64,000 nt of DNA from Macrostomum lignano. Lineage: Eukaryota. The position numbers and the translations under genes were made by a program. The notes beneath the pieces are model-generated. The model saw only the letters and a program-made list of their open reading frames with translations. It searched no databases and was not told the DNA's origin. Positions 40,301 to 52,900 of the stretch are shown in pieces; the first letter of the stretch is position 1; every line of letters starts with the position of its first letter. The DNA lies in NCBI GenBank assembly GCA_002269645.1, contig NIVC01000142.1:620001-684000 (forward strand). Direction: 5' to 3'.

Positions 40301-43300
40301 TAGCTGTCATGCCTATTCCGCTGACGCGGAAGCACGCACACGCTTAACACAGGGTGTACATCTGCCCTGACTGTCTTTATCGTTAGGCATGTACACTGGC
40401 TGTGCCTCAGGAATTGCACTATCCCTGCAAGCGGCGGGGCCGCACTGTTTTTCTTGCTATTTTTCATCCCCTAAACTGTGGACTCCGAATTCCTGAATGT
40501 CCTTCAACCAGCGCGATGCTCACCTCCCGCAGGCACTCGGACAGCTCCCCCAGGATGTCATTCTCGTCGAACATTTTCCCCTGATAGCGGTGCTCATAGT
40601 AATTGGCAATGCGCTGGCGCAGAGCTCGCGGCAGCTTCCTGTAGGCCATGTACTCTTCCACCTGTTTGAACTGCGCGCGGAAATTTCGACAATCGTTTGC
40701 AAACTACACTACTTAAACAGTAGAAAGTTATGTTTACTCAGCATTGTATGGAAATGCGCACCTTCTCCCTATAAAGGCGCTTGGAAGTGTCGAAGCTCTG
40801 TATGAGGGCGGCCGAATGGCCAACGAACAGCGCGTAACAGGTGGCCCCCGTCATCATGCTAACGATGGTGATCCACGCCTCGCTCAGGCTGGTTGGCGGG
40901 TGCTGGCCGTACCCGATGCTCAGCATGTGGCTCATGGCCTTGAACAGGGCCCAAGTGTACTGCCGGAACCAATAGGCGTCCTGCGGTGCCCAGCGTTGGA
41001 GATTGAATGTACTTTTGTCGACATTTTTGTCTCGTTAAAAATCCGCAACGATTGTCCATTCTCATCTTTCTAATCTCACCTCTATCTCATCTCTCTAATC
41101 TCACCTCTATCTCATCTCTCTAATCTCACCTCTATCTCATCTCTCTAATCTCACCTCTATCTCGTCTCTCTAATCTCACCTCTATCTCATCTCTCTAATC
41201 TCACCTCTATCTCATCTCACTACGCTTCCCTCTATCTCAATCTGGACTCTCACCTCTATCTCATCTCTGGACTCTCACCTCTATTTTATCTCTCTACTCT
41301 CCCCTTTATATCTATTCGAAAATCTCCCACTACTGTCCATTCTCATCTCTAGACTCTCACGTCTCTATTGTATGAAATCTCCCTTGTTCAATTATTCACC
41401 CTTAAATCGCACTTTCCTGAAAGTTCCAGGACCAAAATTTCCTACCTGAATATTGAGCTTAGCAACCCAAGAATCCTTGGGAAAATCTTGAATGGCCGGC
41501 ACCAGAAACTGCAAGCAGCCGTTCCAGTGGGCCAGCAGGAGCATCAGGCAGACCAGGTTGACCACGCGGATGAAAATTGAAGCGATGTTCAGCAGCTGGG
41601 GCAAGTTGGGCGTGTCAAGTTGAATGTTTTGAGCACAACATTAGGAACTAAATATTCAAAAGAATAAAAACACAGATGCAAAGTAACTGCTGTACTCCCT
41701 GAGAGCAGGCACACCAACATGCCATGAGTACTCCCTGAGAGCAGTCACACCAACATGCCATGAGTACTCCCTGAGAGCAGGCACACCAACATGCCATGAG
41801 TACTCTCTGAGAGCAGTCACACCAACATGCCATGAGTACTCCCTGAGAGCAGTCACACCAACATGCCATGAGTACTCTCTGAGAGCAGTCACACCAACAT
41901 GCCATGAGTACTCCCTGAGAGCAGTCACACCAACATGCCATGAGTACTCTCTGAGAGCAGTCACACCAACATGCCATGAGTACTCCCTGAGAGCAGGCAC
42001 ACCAACATGCCATGAGTACTCCCTGAGAGCAGTCACACCAACATGCCATGAGTACTCCCTGAGAGCAGTCACACCAACATGCCATGAGTACTCTCTGAGA
42101 GCAGTCACACCAACATGCCATGAGTACTCCCTGAGAGCAGTCACACCAACATGCCATGAGTACTCCCTGAGAGCAGTCACACCAACATGCCATGAGTACT
42201 CCCTGAGAGCAGTCACACCAACATGCCATGAGTACTCTCTGAGAGCAGTCACACCAACATGCCATGGGTACTCCCTGAGCTGCTCCTCCTCACCTCCTCC
42301 CACTGACTGACGTAGCGGACCAGTCGGGAGAGTCTGAGAAGTCGCAGCAGGCTGAGCAGCTTTGCCAGTCGAAGAATTTTCAGCGCTCGACCTGAAAAAG
42401 TGACAAATGGTCCTGTATTGAAAGGCATTAAAAACATAAGTACTGTATAAGAAAACGTGAAACATGATTCGCATGTTTGTCAACATGGATGCCCCGCAGC
42501 CCTCCAGCGAATATTCAATATTTCTTCTACAGAGAATAATTAACTCTCAGAGGGTTCGATTGGTCAACTCACCAGCGTGCACCAGCTGGGTGACATTGCT
42601 CCGCTGATTCAACGCCAGGAAGATGTAGTCCATGGGAATTGAGGACACCAGATCCAATAAGAACCAGGAACGAACGTAGTACCTGGCGATCTGCCTGGGG
42701 TCCAGGATGATCTCGTCGGCGAAGTCGTTTCGAATCACGCCTTGGTGATTGACAGGGGGGGGGGAGTTTCTAAACCTGCAACCTCTACTATCGCGTCATA
42801 GAAGCTCATAGCACCGAATCACTCCCAATCTCACTGAATTTGAACTCTAAATCGCACTGAATCAATCGCATTATTTGAACTCTCAATCGCACTGAATAAA
42901 TCGCACTGAATCAATCGCATCATTTGAACTCCCAATCTTACCGAATCAATCGCATCATTTGAACTCTCAATCACACTCAATCAATCGCATCATTTGAACT
43001 CTCAATCACACTCAATCAATCGCATCATTTGAACTCTCAATCGCACTGAATAAATCGCATCATTTGAACTCTCAATCGCACTGAATCAATCGCATCATTT
43101 GAACTCCCAATCGCACTGAATCAATCGCATCATTTGAGCTCTAAATCACACAGAATAAATCGCATCATTTGAACTCCCAATCGCACTGAATCAATCGCAT
43201 CATTTGAACTCTCAATCGCACTGAATCAATCGCATCATTTGAACTCCCAATCGCACTGAATCAATCGCATCATTTGAGCTCTCAATCACACTGAATCAAT

Positions 43301-45757
43301 CGCATCATTTGAACTCTCAATCGCACTGAATCAATCGCATCATTTGAACTCTCGATCGTACTGAATCAATCGCATCATTTGAACTCCCAATCTCACTGAA
43401 TCAATCGCATCATTTGAAATCTCAATCTCGCTGAATCAATCGCATCATTTGAGCTCCCGATCGCACTGAATCAATCGCATCATTTGAACTCCCGATCGCG
43501 CTGAATCAATCGCATCATTTGAACTCTCAATCGCACTGAATCAATCGCATCATTTGAACTCTCAATCACAGTGACTAAATCGCATTATTTGAACTCTCAA
43601 TCGCACTGAATCAATCGCATCATTTGAACTCTCAATCGCACTGAATCAATCGCATCATTTGAACTCTCAATCACACTGACTAAATCGCATTATTTGAACT
43701 CTCAATCGCACTGAATCAATCGCATCATTTGAACTCTCAATCGCACTGAATCAATCGCATCATTTGAACTCTCAATCGCACTGAATCAATCGCATCATTT
43801 GAACTCTCAATCGCACTGAATCAATCGCATCATTTGAACTCTCAATCACACTGACTAAATCGCATTATTTGAACTCTAAATCACACTGAATCAATCGCAT
43901 CATTTGAACTCTCAATCGCACTGAATCAATCGCATCATTTGAACTCTCAATCGCCCTGAATCAATCGCATCGCCCAGTTTCTCATAGTCATTACCTGTCC
44001 TAAAGTTAACAGCGATGTCGCTCATAAAGATGGTGTCCGACAGGCAGTTAAAGACAATCCAATGCGCGCTCAGGTCGTCATTAAAGAACGAGATTGCCAC
44101 GGGGAGCACCACTAGGTTTGTGATCAGCAGCATCAGCATCAGCAGGTCCCAGTAGAAGCTGGGAAAGGAATTAAGTGTTGGCATTTCTATGCAGACATGA
44201 GTGTCAGATTCTAAGGCTTATATATGGACGAATTTAGTTATAATATTTATAAAGGGGGTTGTAGCCTAGTGGTCAGAGTGTCAGACTCACGACTTGAAGG
44301 TCCAAGGTTCGATTCCCGCTCCTACTGGAACATTGTGTCTTTGAGCAAGACACTTAACTCTGCATTGCTTCAGTTCACCCAGCTGTAAAATGGGTGCCAG
44401 CATTAGCTGGGGTAATTGAGGGTGGGTGTGGCGACCCCCCAGTCCTTGGACTGAACAGCCGTACGCAGCCTTCAGATGCGCCGCGCAATAGATGCGGCTG
44501 AGCTGTCAGTTGCACATCTGACCATTAGGGCAGGTGTAATCAGTTATTATTATTAGTTATATAGAAATACGGGGCTTATGGAATTATACTGCCACAATAA
44601 TTTACTGCTAAACCAATATTACCATACCCAACCGCGCGGCGCTTTGATGTGCCAGCGGCCCAGGCTCGATTCCAAGTGCAGTCACATTAATTTGTGACAA
44701 CTGGAATTTCGGCTTGGCTCTGCTCGTCCAATCTACGGCTTTGATGGCCAACCCCCAAGGCACAGGGAAGTGTACATGCCTAACGATAAATAAAATTAGG
44801 GCCGCTGTACTCGTACACTCCTGTGTGAGTGTGTGCCTGTGCGTATGACTGCGTACGTATCTGCGCGCTTGTGTGCCTGCTCAGGGGAGTCGGCGGAATG
44901 GGCAGCAATGCCTCTCGTGGGTTGTGTGATGACAATGTCGCTTAAAGTGCGCCAGGGTGCACACAGTTTTTGCGCATGAACTTCTACCTCAATGTCACCT
45001 ATGCAAACGGAATCGAACCTGGGTACCTCGATGTGAGAGTCACACGCGCTACACGAGTAGGTCTGAAATCAAACGACTAATTTCAAACGCACCGGAAGCT
45101 GCTGCAGGGATGGATGATCCAACGGCCCGTCTGCTGCTGCCGGCGCTTCTCCTTCAGCAGGGCGTTCCGGTTGCCGAACAGCTTCATGGCCAGCTTGTTG
45201 TCTGACGGCTGGAAGAAGGCAAAGAACTGCTCCTTCAGGTAGCTGGACGAGCTCTGGCGCAGCGCCTCGTCTCCGACGCAAGCCTCCAACTCGTCGACGC
45301 CTCCTGCCTGGGTCCGGGCGTCGCGGCGACCGGCGAAATCCAGCAGCTGGGAGCCGAAGCCAGCAAAACTTGGCCAGCGACGCCGAGCAGCTCTGTCGCC
45401 GCCGCCGCCGCCGCCGCCGCCGCCGAGGACAACGCCGACTAGACGGCAGGACTCCATGGACTTTGACGAGGCCTTTGCTGGCTGTTGAAGCGGTCGGAGC
45501 TGCGGCTGTCGCTGGTTCCGGCTGGTCAACCCGGCGGTCGAGACGGCGGCGGCTTGGCTGGAAGCGTCAAGCGAAACGGCTGCTCGCGACATCGCATGGA
45601 AACTGCCGCGCTTGCCGCCGCCGCCGCCGCCGCCGCCGCTGATTGACGAAGACGAGGACATCGAGCCGACGTTCAGCAGGGTCGGCTGCTGCACCTCGGG
45701 CGGTTCCAGCACCAGCAGAGGTGGCAGCTGCGGTTGCGGTGGCTGCGGATCTGCCAT
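37371..45757 (-). CDS. HCN: Hyperpolarization-activated cyclic nucleotide-gated channel, 9 exons: 45757-45093, 44158-43995, 42740-42573, 42391-42294, 41595-41446, 40980-40762, 40670-40524, 39123-38880, 37837-37371 (773 aa)
   Basis: HCN domain [15 protein letters not shown]...[15 protein letters not shown]4 [25 protein letters not shown], pore [17 protein letters not shown]-linker [26 protein letters not shown]...MYFIQEG...[21 protein letters not shown]. All GT-AG junctions are phase-consistent and total 2322 nt. Confidence 0.96.
38326..38812. repeat. 17-bp minisatellite (GTGGGTGCGGGAGTGAG), HCN last intron
   Basis: About 28 tandem units. Confidence 0.95.
39150..40227. repeat. 12-bp minisatellite (GCATGATTGTGG/A), HCN intron 7
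   Basis: Tandem array interrupted three times by the same TTTTTGCATTTTTTGCATTTTGCATTTTTG cassette (~39471, 39697, 39962). Confidence 0.95.
40325..40410 (-). mobile_element. 3' fragment of tRNA-derived SINE family B
   Basis: Reverse complement GGCACAG..AGTGTACATGCCTAACGATAAAGACAGTCAGGGCAGATGTACACCC matches the copies at 44746+ and 60735+. Confidence 0.6.
41066..41300. repeat. 25-bp pyrimidine-rich minisatellite (TCTCATCTCTCTAATCTCACCTCTA), HCN intron 5
   Basis: Tandem array that decays toward its 3' end. Confidence 0.88.
41693..42278. repeat. 36-bp minisatellite (TACTCCCTGAGAGCAGTCACACCAACATGCCATGAG), HCN intron 4
   Basis: About 16 near-identical units. Confidence 0.96.
42830..43971. repeat. 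35-bp minisatellite (TCAATCGCATCATTTGAACTCTCAATCGCACTGAA), HCN intron 2
   Basis: About 32 units with an internal TCAATCGCA sub-repeat. Confidence 0.96.
44254..44560 (+). mobile_element. tRNA-derived SINE with CORE/Meta-like central domain (family A), HCN intron 1
   Basis: A box TAGCCTAGTGG, B box GGTTCGATTCCC (44306-44317), central GTGTCTTTGAGCAAGACACTTAAC...CAGTTCACCCAGCTGTAAAATGGG resembling the CORE consensus, and a (TTA)n tail. Confidence 0.8.
44630..44880 (+). mobile_element. tRNA-derived SINE family B copy
   Basis: B-box-like GGCTCGATTCC (~44663). Shares GGCCAACCCCCAAGGCACAG...AGTGTACATG with the 60601 copy and has a GTGT-rich tail. Confidence 0.65.
44960..45065 (-). mobile_element. 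tRNA-like SINE head
   Basis: Reverse complement has GTAGCGCGTGTGACTCTC...GGTTCGATTCC, similar to the head of the 60601 copy. No tRNA 3' acceptor stem. Confidence 0.55.
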
Positions 45758-46286
45758 ATCTGACAGACATGAGAGAGATCAATGAGGAATTCCCATGCTG
45801 ATGGCTGATGAATAGGAGACTCCCCATAGAGCTGTCCGTCAATCTGCTGCTCATTTTAATTAGAGCACAAGCCTCACGCAAAGAAAATTGGGAAAATTAA
45901 CAAGTCCGTCTCAACCCGTCAGTCCTCATCAGCTCGCGAATTCTTCTCAGCCGCAGCAACAAGGGTTCGAAAAAAACTCAGACAGAGCTGGCCAACGCGA
46001 AGATTTCCAGCCCAATTAAATCTCGCTTAATTGCGATCTTTTAATAAGGAAACCTTTTTCCGATGGATCACCAGAGAAATTACTGTCCCTAATTATGCAG
46101 CTGAGGTCCTCATTCAGTTTTGCAATCAAGTAAGTGCAGCATTTTGTGGAGAGAAGTCACTCTATCCGCTCACATCCTCCCTTGTGTACCTCGCTTCTTT
46201 TCCTACAACGGGCCGTCAGAAGAATGTCACTGATCAAGGACAGGTGTACAGATTAGGTCACACGGGCAGGTACACAGGAGCCCTAC

Positions 46287-46413
46287 AGGTCATGGAACAG
46301 GTAACACAGGGGACCAACAGGTCATGGAACAGGTAACACAGGAGATCAACAAGTCATGGAACAGGTAACACAGGAGACCAACAGGTCATGGAACAGGTAA
46401 CACAGGAGACCAA
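46287..46413. repeat. Short 32-bp tandem repeat (CAGGTCATGGAACAGGTAACACAGGAGACCAA)
   Basis: About 4 copies, with degenerate precursors from about 46240. Confidence 0.85.
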
Positions 46414-46990
46414 CAGCCCAGGTCACAAACCGTAAAATTCCTGGCCCTGCTGCTGAGGAAGTTTCTGGTCGACCCTCGGTTGGACAGCCATCGCCCGTTC
46501 GGCTGGTGCAGAGTCTCTACGCCAGGCCTCTGCACAGCTGCCCGGCTCCATCGCCCAGTCTAGTGAGCGAATATGGTTGCTATGCTAACCCGCTGAGGCA
46601 GTTTCAAAGAAATTTGATAATTTTCCTCTTTTTCAGTGCAATGATTTTGCCCAGAGGCTGAGGAGGCATTTCGCTTTCTCGGGATTGGCCGGCCCCTCAT
46701 TCATGCTGAGTCTGCAATGAGGGCAAATTACACGAGGGGGCGTGGTGAAAAGTTTCTGCAGACCCCGCAGGTCTTCGTACTCTCGCTCTCCTCCTATGTC
46801 GGGCCTTGAGCATCGCTTCCTATCGGCCTTCATGCTGTTTTGATCACGCGCAAGAATGCATCCACCCGAATCCGGTTTGTATTGTGTAGCTTGCCATGGG
46901 CAGAGTGTAGTGTGAGCTCAGTTAGCCGGCCTGCAGTCTTAACTATGATAGGGTGCCTTTGCGAACTTGACTGAACACAAAAATAAGAAA

Positions 46991-49900
46991 GGGATGGGAA
47001 AACAGGGACGGGGAGAACAGGGACAGGGAGAACAGGGACGGGGAGAACAGGGACGGGGAGAACAGGGACGGGGAGAACAGGGACGGGGAGAATAGGGATG
47101 GGGAGAACAGGGACGGGGAGAACAGGGACGGGGAGAACAGGGACGGGGAGAACAGGGACGGGAGAACAGGGATGGGAGAACAGGGACGGGGAGAACAGGG
47201 ACGGGAGAACAGGGACGGGAGAAAAGGGACGGGAGAACAGGGACGGGGAGAACAGGGACGGAGAGAACAGGGACGGGAAAACAGGGACGGGGAGAACAGG
47301 GACGGGGAGAAAAGGGACGGGGAGAAAAGGGACGGGAAGAACAGGGACGGGGAGAACAGGGACGGGGAGAAAAGGGATGGGAGAACAGGGATGGGACAAC
47401 TGGGACGGGGAGAAAAGGGATGGGAGAACAGGGACCGGGAGAACAGAGATGGGAGAACAGGGACGGGGAGAACAGGGACGGGGAGAACAGGGACGGGGAG
47501 AACAGGGACGGGGAGAACAGGGACGGGGAGAACAGGGACGGGGAGAACAGGGACGAAAGAACAAGGATGGGAGAACAGGGACGGGGAGAACAGGGACGGG
47601 GAGAACAGGGACGGGAGAACAGGGACGGGGAGAACAGGGACGGGGAGAACAGGGACGGGAGAACAGGGACGGGAGAACAGGGACGGGAGAACAGGGACGG
47701 GGAGAACAGGGACGGGGAGAACAGGGACGGGAAAACAGGGACGGGAGAACAGGGACGGGGAGAACAAGGACGGGGAGAACAGGGATGGGAAAAACAGGGA
47801 CGGGGAGAACAGAGACGGGGAGAACAGGGACGGGGAGAACAGGGACGGGGAGAACAGGAACGGGGAGAACAGGGACGGGGAGAACAGGGACGGGGAGAAC
47901 AGGGATGGGAAAAACAGGGACGGGGAGAACAGGGACGGGGAGAACAGGGACGGGGAGAACAGGGACGGGGAGAATAGGGATGGGGAGAACAGGGACGGGG
48001 AGAACAGGGACGGGGAGAACAGGGACGGGGAGAACAGGGACGGGAGAACAGGGATGGGAGAACAGGGACGGGGAGAACAGGGACGGGAGAACAGGGACGG
48101 GAGAAAAGGGACGGGAGAACAGGGACGGGGAGAACAGGGACGGAGAGAACAGGGACGGGAAAACAGGGACGGGGAGAACAGGGATGGGAAAAACAGGGAC
48201 GGGGAGAACAGGGATGGGAGAACAGGGACGGGGAGAACAGGGACGGGGAGAACAGGGACGGGGAGAACAGGGACGGGGAGAACAGGGACGGGGAGAACAG
48301 GGACGGGGAGAAAAGGGACGGGGAGAAAAGGGACGGGAAGAACAGGGACGGGGAGAACAGGGACGGGGAGAAAAGGGATGGGAGAACAGGGATGGGACAA
48401 CTGGGACGGGGAGAACAGGGACGGGGAGAACAGGGACCGGGAGAACAGGGACGGGGAGAACAGGGACGGGGAGAACAGGGACGGGGAGAACAGGGACGGG
48501 AGAACAGGGTCGGGGAGAACAGGGACGGGGAGAACAGGGACGGGGAGAACAGGGACGGGAGAACAGGGATGGGAGAACAGGGACGGGGAGAACATGGACG
48601 GGAGAACAGGGACGGGAGAACAGGGACGGGAGAACAGGGACGGGGAGAACAGGGACGGAGAGAACAGGGACGGGAAAACAGGGACGGGGAGAAAAGGGAT
48701 GGGAAAAACAGGGACGGGGAGAACAGGGACGGGGAGAACAGGGACGGGGAGAACAGGGACGGGGAGAACAGGGACGGGGAGAAAGGAGACGGGGAGAACA
48801 GGGACGGGGAGAACAGGGACGGGGAGAACAGGGACGGGGAGAACAGGGACGGGGAGAACAGGGACGGGGAGAACAGGGATGGGAAAAACAGGGACGGGGA
48901 GAACAGGGACGGGGAGAACAGGGACGGAGAGAACAGGGACGGGAAAACAGGGACGGGGAGAACAGGGATGGGAAAAACAGGGACGGGGAGAACAGGGATG
49001 GGAGAACAGGGACGGGGAGAACAGGGATGGGGGGAACAGGGACGGGGAGAACAGGGACGGGGAGAACAGGGACGGGGAGAACAGGGACGGGGAGAACAAG
49101 GACGGAGAGAACAGGGACGGGGAGAACAGGGACGAGGAGAACAGGGACGGGGAGAACAGGGACGGGGAGAACAAGGACGGAGAGAACAGGGACGGGAAAA
49201 TAGGGACGGGGAGAACAGGGACGGGGAGAACAGGGACGGGGAGAAAAGGGATGGGAGAACAGGGACGGGGAGAACAGGGACGGGGAGAAAAGGAATGGGA
49301 GAACAGGGACGGGGAGAACAGGGATGGGAGAACAGGGACGGGGAGAACAGGGATGGGAGAACAGGGATTGGAGAACATGGATGGGAGAACAGGGACGGGG
49401 AGAACAGGGACGGGAAAACAGGGACGGGGAGAAAAAGGATGGGAAAAACAGGGACGGGGAGAACAGGGACGGGGAGAACAGGGACGGGGAGAACAGAGAC
49501 GGGGAGAACAGGGACGGGGAGAACAGGGACGGGGAGAACAGGAACGGGGAAAACAGGGACGGGGAGAACAGGGACGGGGAGAACAGGGACGGGAGAACAG
49601 GGACGGGGAGAACAGGGACGGGGAGAACAGGGACGGGAGAACAGGGATGGGAGAAAAGGGACGGGGAGAACAGGGACGGGAGAACAGGGACGGGAGAACA
49701 GGGATGGGAGAACAGGGACGGAGAGAACAGGGACGGGAAAACAGGGACGGGGAGAACAGGGATGGGAAAAACAGGGACGGGGAGAACAGGGATGGGAGAA
49801 CAGGGATGGGAGAACAGGGACGGGGAGAACAGGGACGGAGAGAACAGGGACGGGGAGAACAGGGACGGGAGAACAGGGATGGGAGAACAGGGACGGGAAG

Positions 49901-52900
49901 AACAGGGACGGGAGAACAGGGACGGGAGAACAGGGACGGGAGAACAGGGACGGGAGAACAGGGATTGGAGAACATGGATGGGAGAACAGGGACGGGGAAA
50001 ACAGGGACGGGGAGAAAAGGGATGGGAGAACAGGGACGGGGAGAACAGGGACGGGGAGAACAGGGACAGGGAGAACAGGGACGGGGAGAACAGGGACGGG
50101 GAGAACAGGGACGGGGAGAACAGGGACGGGAGAACAGGGTCGGGGAGATCAGGGACGGGGAGAACAGGGACGGGGAGAACAGGGACGGGAGAACAGGGAT
50201 GGGAGAACAGGGACGGGGAGAACAGGGACGGGAGAACAGGGACGGGAGAACAGGGACGGGAGAACAGGGACGGGGAGAACAGGGACGGAGAGAACAGGGA
50301 CGGGAAAACAGGGACGGGGAGAACAGGGATGGGAAAAACAGGGACGGGGAGAACAGGGATGGGAGAACAGGGACGGGGAGAACAGGGATGGGGGGAACAG
50401 GGACGGGGAGAACAGGGACGGGGAGAACAGGGACGGGGAGAACAGGGACGGGGAGAACAAGGACGGAGAGAACAGGGACGGGAAAACAGGGACGGGGAGA
50501 ACAGGGACGGGGAGACCAGGGACGGGGAGAACAGGGACGGGGAGAACAGGGACGGGGAGAACAAGGACGGAGAGAACAGGGACGGGAAAATAGGGACGGG
50601 GAGAAAAGGGACGGGGAGAACAGGGACGGGGAGAAAAGGGATGGGAGAACAGGGACGGGGAGAACAGGGACGGGGAGAAAAGGAATGGGAGAACAGGGAC
50701 GGGGAGAACAGGGATGGGAGAACAGGGACGGGGAGAACAGGGATGGGAGAACAGGGATTGGAGAACATGGATGGGAGAACAGGGACGGGGAGAACAGGGA
50801 CGGGAAAACAGGGACGGGGAGAACAGGGATGGGAGAACAGGGATCGGAGAACAGGGACGGGGAGAACAGGGACGGGGAGAACAGGGACGGGGAGAACAGG
50901 GACGGGGAGAACAGGGATGGGAACAGGGACGGGAGAACAGGGACGGGAGAACAGGGACGGGGAGAACAGGGACGGGAGAACAGGGACGGGGAGAACAGGG
51001 ACGGGGAGAACAGGGACGGGGAGAACAGGGACGGGAGAACAGGGACGGGAGAACAGGGACGGGAGAACAGGGACGGAGAGAACAGGGACGGGAGAACAGG
51101 GACGGGAGAACAGGGACGGGAGAACAGGGACGGGGAGAACAGGGACGGGAGAACAGGGACGGGAGAACAGGGACGGGAGAACAGGGACGGGAGAACAGGG
51201 ACGGGAGAACAGGGACGGGAGAACAGGGACGGGAGAACAGGGACGGGGAGAACAGGGATGGGAGAACAGGGATGGGAGAACAGGGACGGGGAGAACAGGG
51301 ACGGGGAGAACAGGGACGGGAGAACAGGGACGGGGAGAACAGGGACGGGGAGAACAGGGACGGGGAGAACAGGGACGGGGAGAACAGGGACGGGGAGAAC
51401 AGGGACGGGGAGAACAGGGACGGGAGAACAGGGATGGGAGAACAGGGATGGGAGAACAGGGACGGGGAGAAAAGGGATGGGAGAACAGGGACGGGGAGAA
51501 CAGGGATGGGAGAACAGGGATGGGAGAACAGGGATGGGAGAACAGGGACGGGGAGAACAGGGACGGGGAGAAAAGGGATGGGAGAACAGGGACGGGGAGA
51601 ACAGGGACGGGGAGAACAGGGACAGGGAGAACAGGGACGGGGACAACAGGGACGGGGAGAACAGGGACGGGAGAACAGGGACTGGGAGAACAGGGACGGG
51701 GAGAACAGGGACGGGGAGAACAGGGACGGGAGAACAGGGATGGGAGAACAGGGACGGGGAGAACAGGGACGGGAGAACAGGGACGGGAGAACAGGGACGG
51801 GAGAACAGGGACGGGGAGAACAGGGACGGGAGAACAGGGACGGGAAAACAGGGACGGGGAGAACAGGGATGGGAAAAGGAAGGGAGAACAGGGGAGAACA
51901 GGGACGGGGAGAACAGGGACGGGGAGAACAGGGACGGGGAGAACAGGAACGGGGAGAACAGGGACGGGGAGAACAGGGACGGGGAGAACAGGGACGGGGA
52001 GAACAGGGATGGGAGAACAGGGACGGGGAGAACAGGGACGGGGAGAACAGGAACGGGGAGAACAGGGATAGGAGAACAGGGACGGGGAGAACAGGGACGG
52101 GGAGAAAAGGGACGGGGAGAACAGGAACGGGGAGAACAGGGATGGGGGGAGCAGGGACGGGAAAACAGGGACAGGGAGAACAGGGATGGGAGAACAGGGA
52201 CGGGGATAGCAGGGACGGGAGAGCAGGGACGGTGAGAACAGGGATGGGGAGAACAGGGACGGGGAGAACAGGGACGGGGAGAAAAGGGACGGGGAGAACA
52301 GGGACGGGGAGAAAAGGGATGGGAGAACACGGATGGGAGAACAGGGACGGGGAGAAAAGGTATGGGAGAACAGGGACGGGGAGAACAGAGATGGGAGAAC
52401 AGGGACGGGGAGAACAGGGATGGGAGAACAGGGACGGGGAGAACAGGGACGGGGAGAAAAGGGATGGGGAGAAAAGGGACGGGGAGAAAAGGGATGGGGA
52501 GAAAAGGGATGGGAGAACAGGGACGGGGAGAACAGGGACGGGGAGAACAGGGACGGGGAGAACAGGGACGGGGAGAACAGGGACGGGAGAACAGGGACGG
52601 GGAGAACAGGGACGGGAGAACAGGGACGGGGAAAAGGGACGGGGAGAACAGGGACGGGAAGAACAGGGACGGGGAGAAAAGGGATGGGGAGAAAAGGGAC
52701 GGGGAGAACAGGGACGGGAAGAAAAGGGATGGGAGAACAGGGACGGGGAGAACAGGGACGGGGAGAACAGGGACGGGAGAACAGGGACGGGGAGAACAGG
52801 GAGGACAGGAGGGAGAACAGGGACGGGAGAACAGGGACGGGGAGAACAGGGACGGGGAGAACAGGGATGGGAGAACAGGGACGGGGAGAACAGGGACGGG

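Noticed and set aside
39113-40347. Metallothionein-like (CEHD)n and hydrophobic (MIVG)n ORFs; also (MDTxKDQ)n at 61711-63711 and (NGSLV)n at 31152-32916
   Set aside because: All are translations of intronic minisatellites.
44254-44325. Functional tRNA gene (also 60601-60670)
   Set aside because: A and B boxes are present, but there is no clean cloverleaf or acceptor stem, and the sequence continues into SINE body and tail.
46560-46960. Short ORFs flanking the 8 kb array (CPHC-containing 46633-46833; also 55053-55443)
   Set aside because: No recognisable domain and no consistent splice chain could be built.
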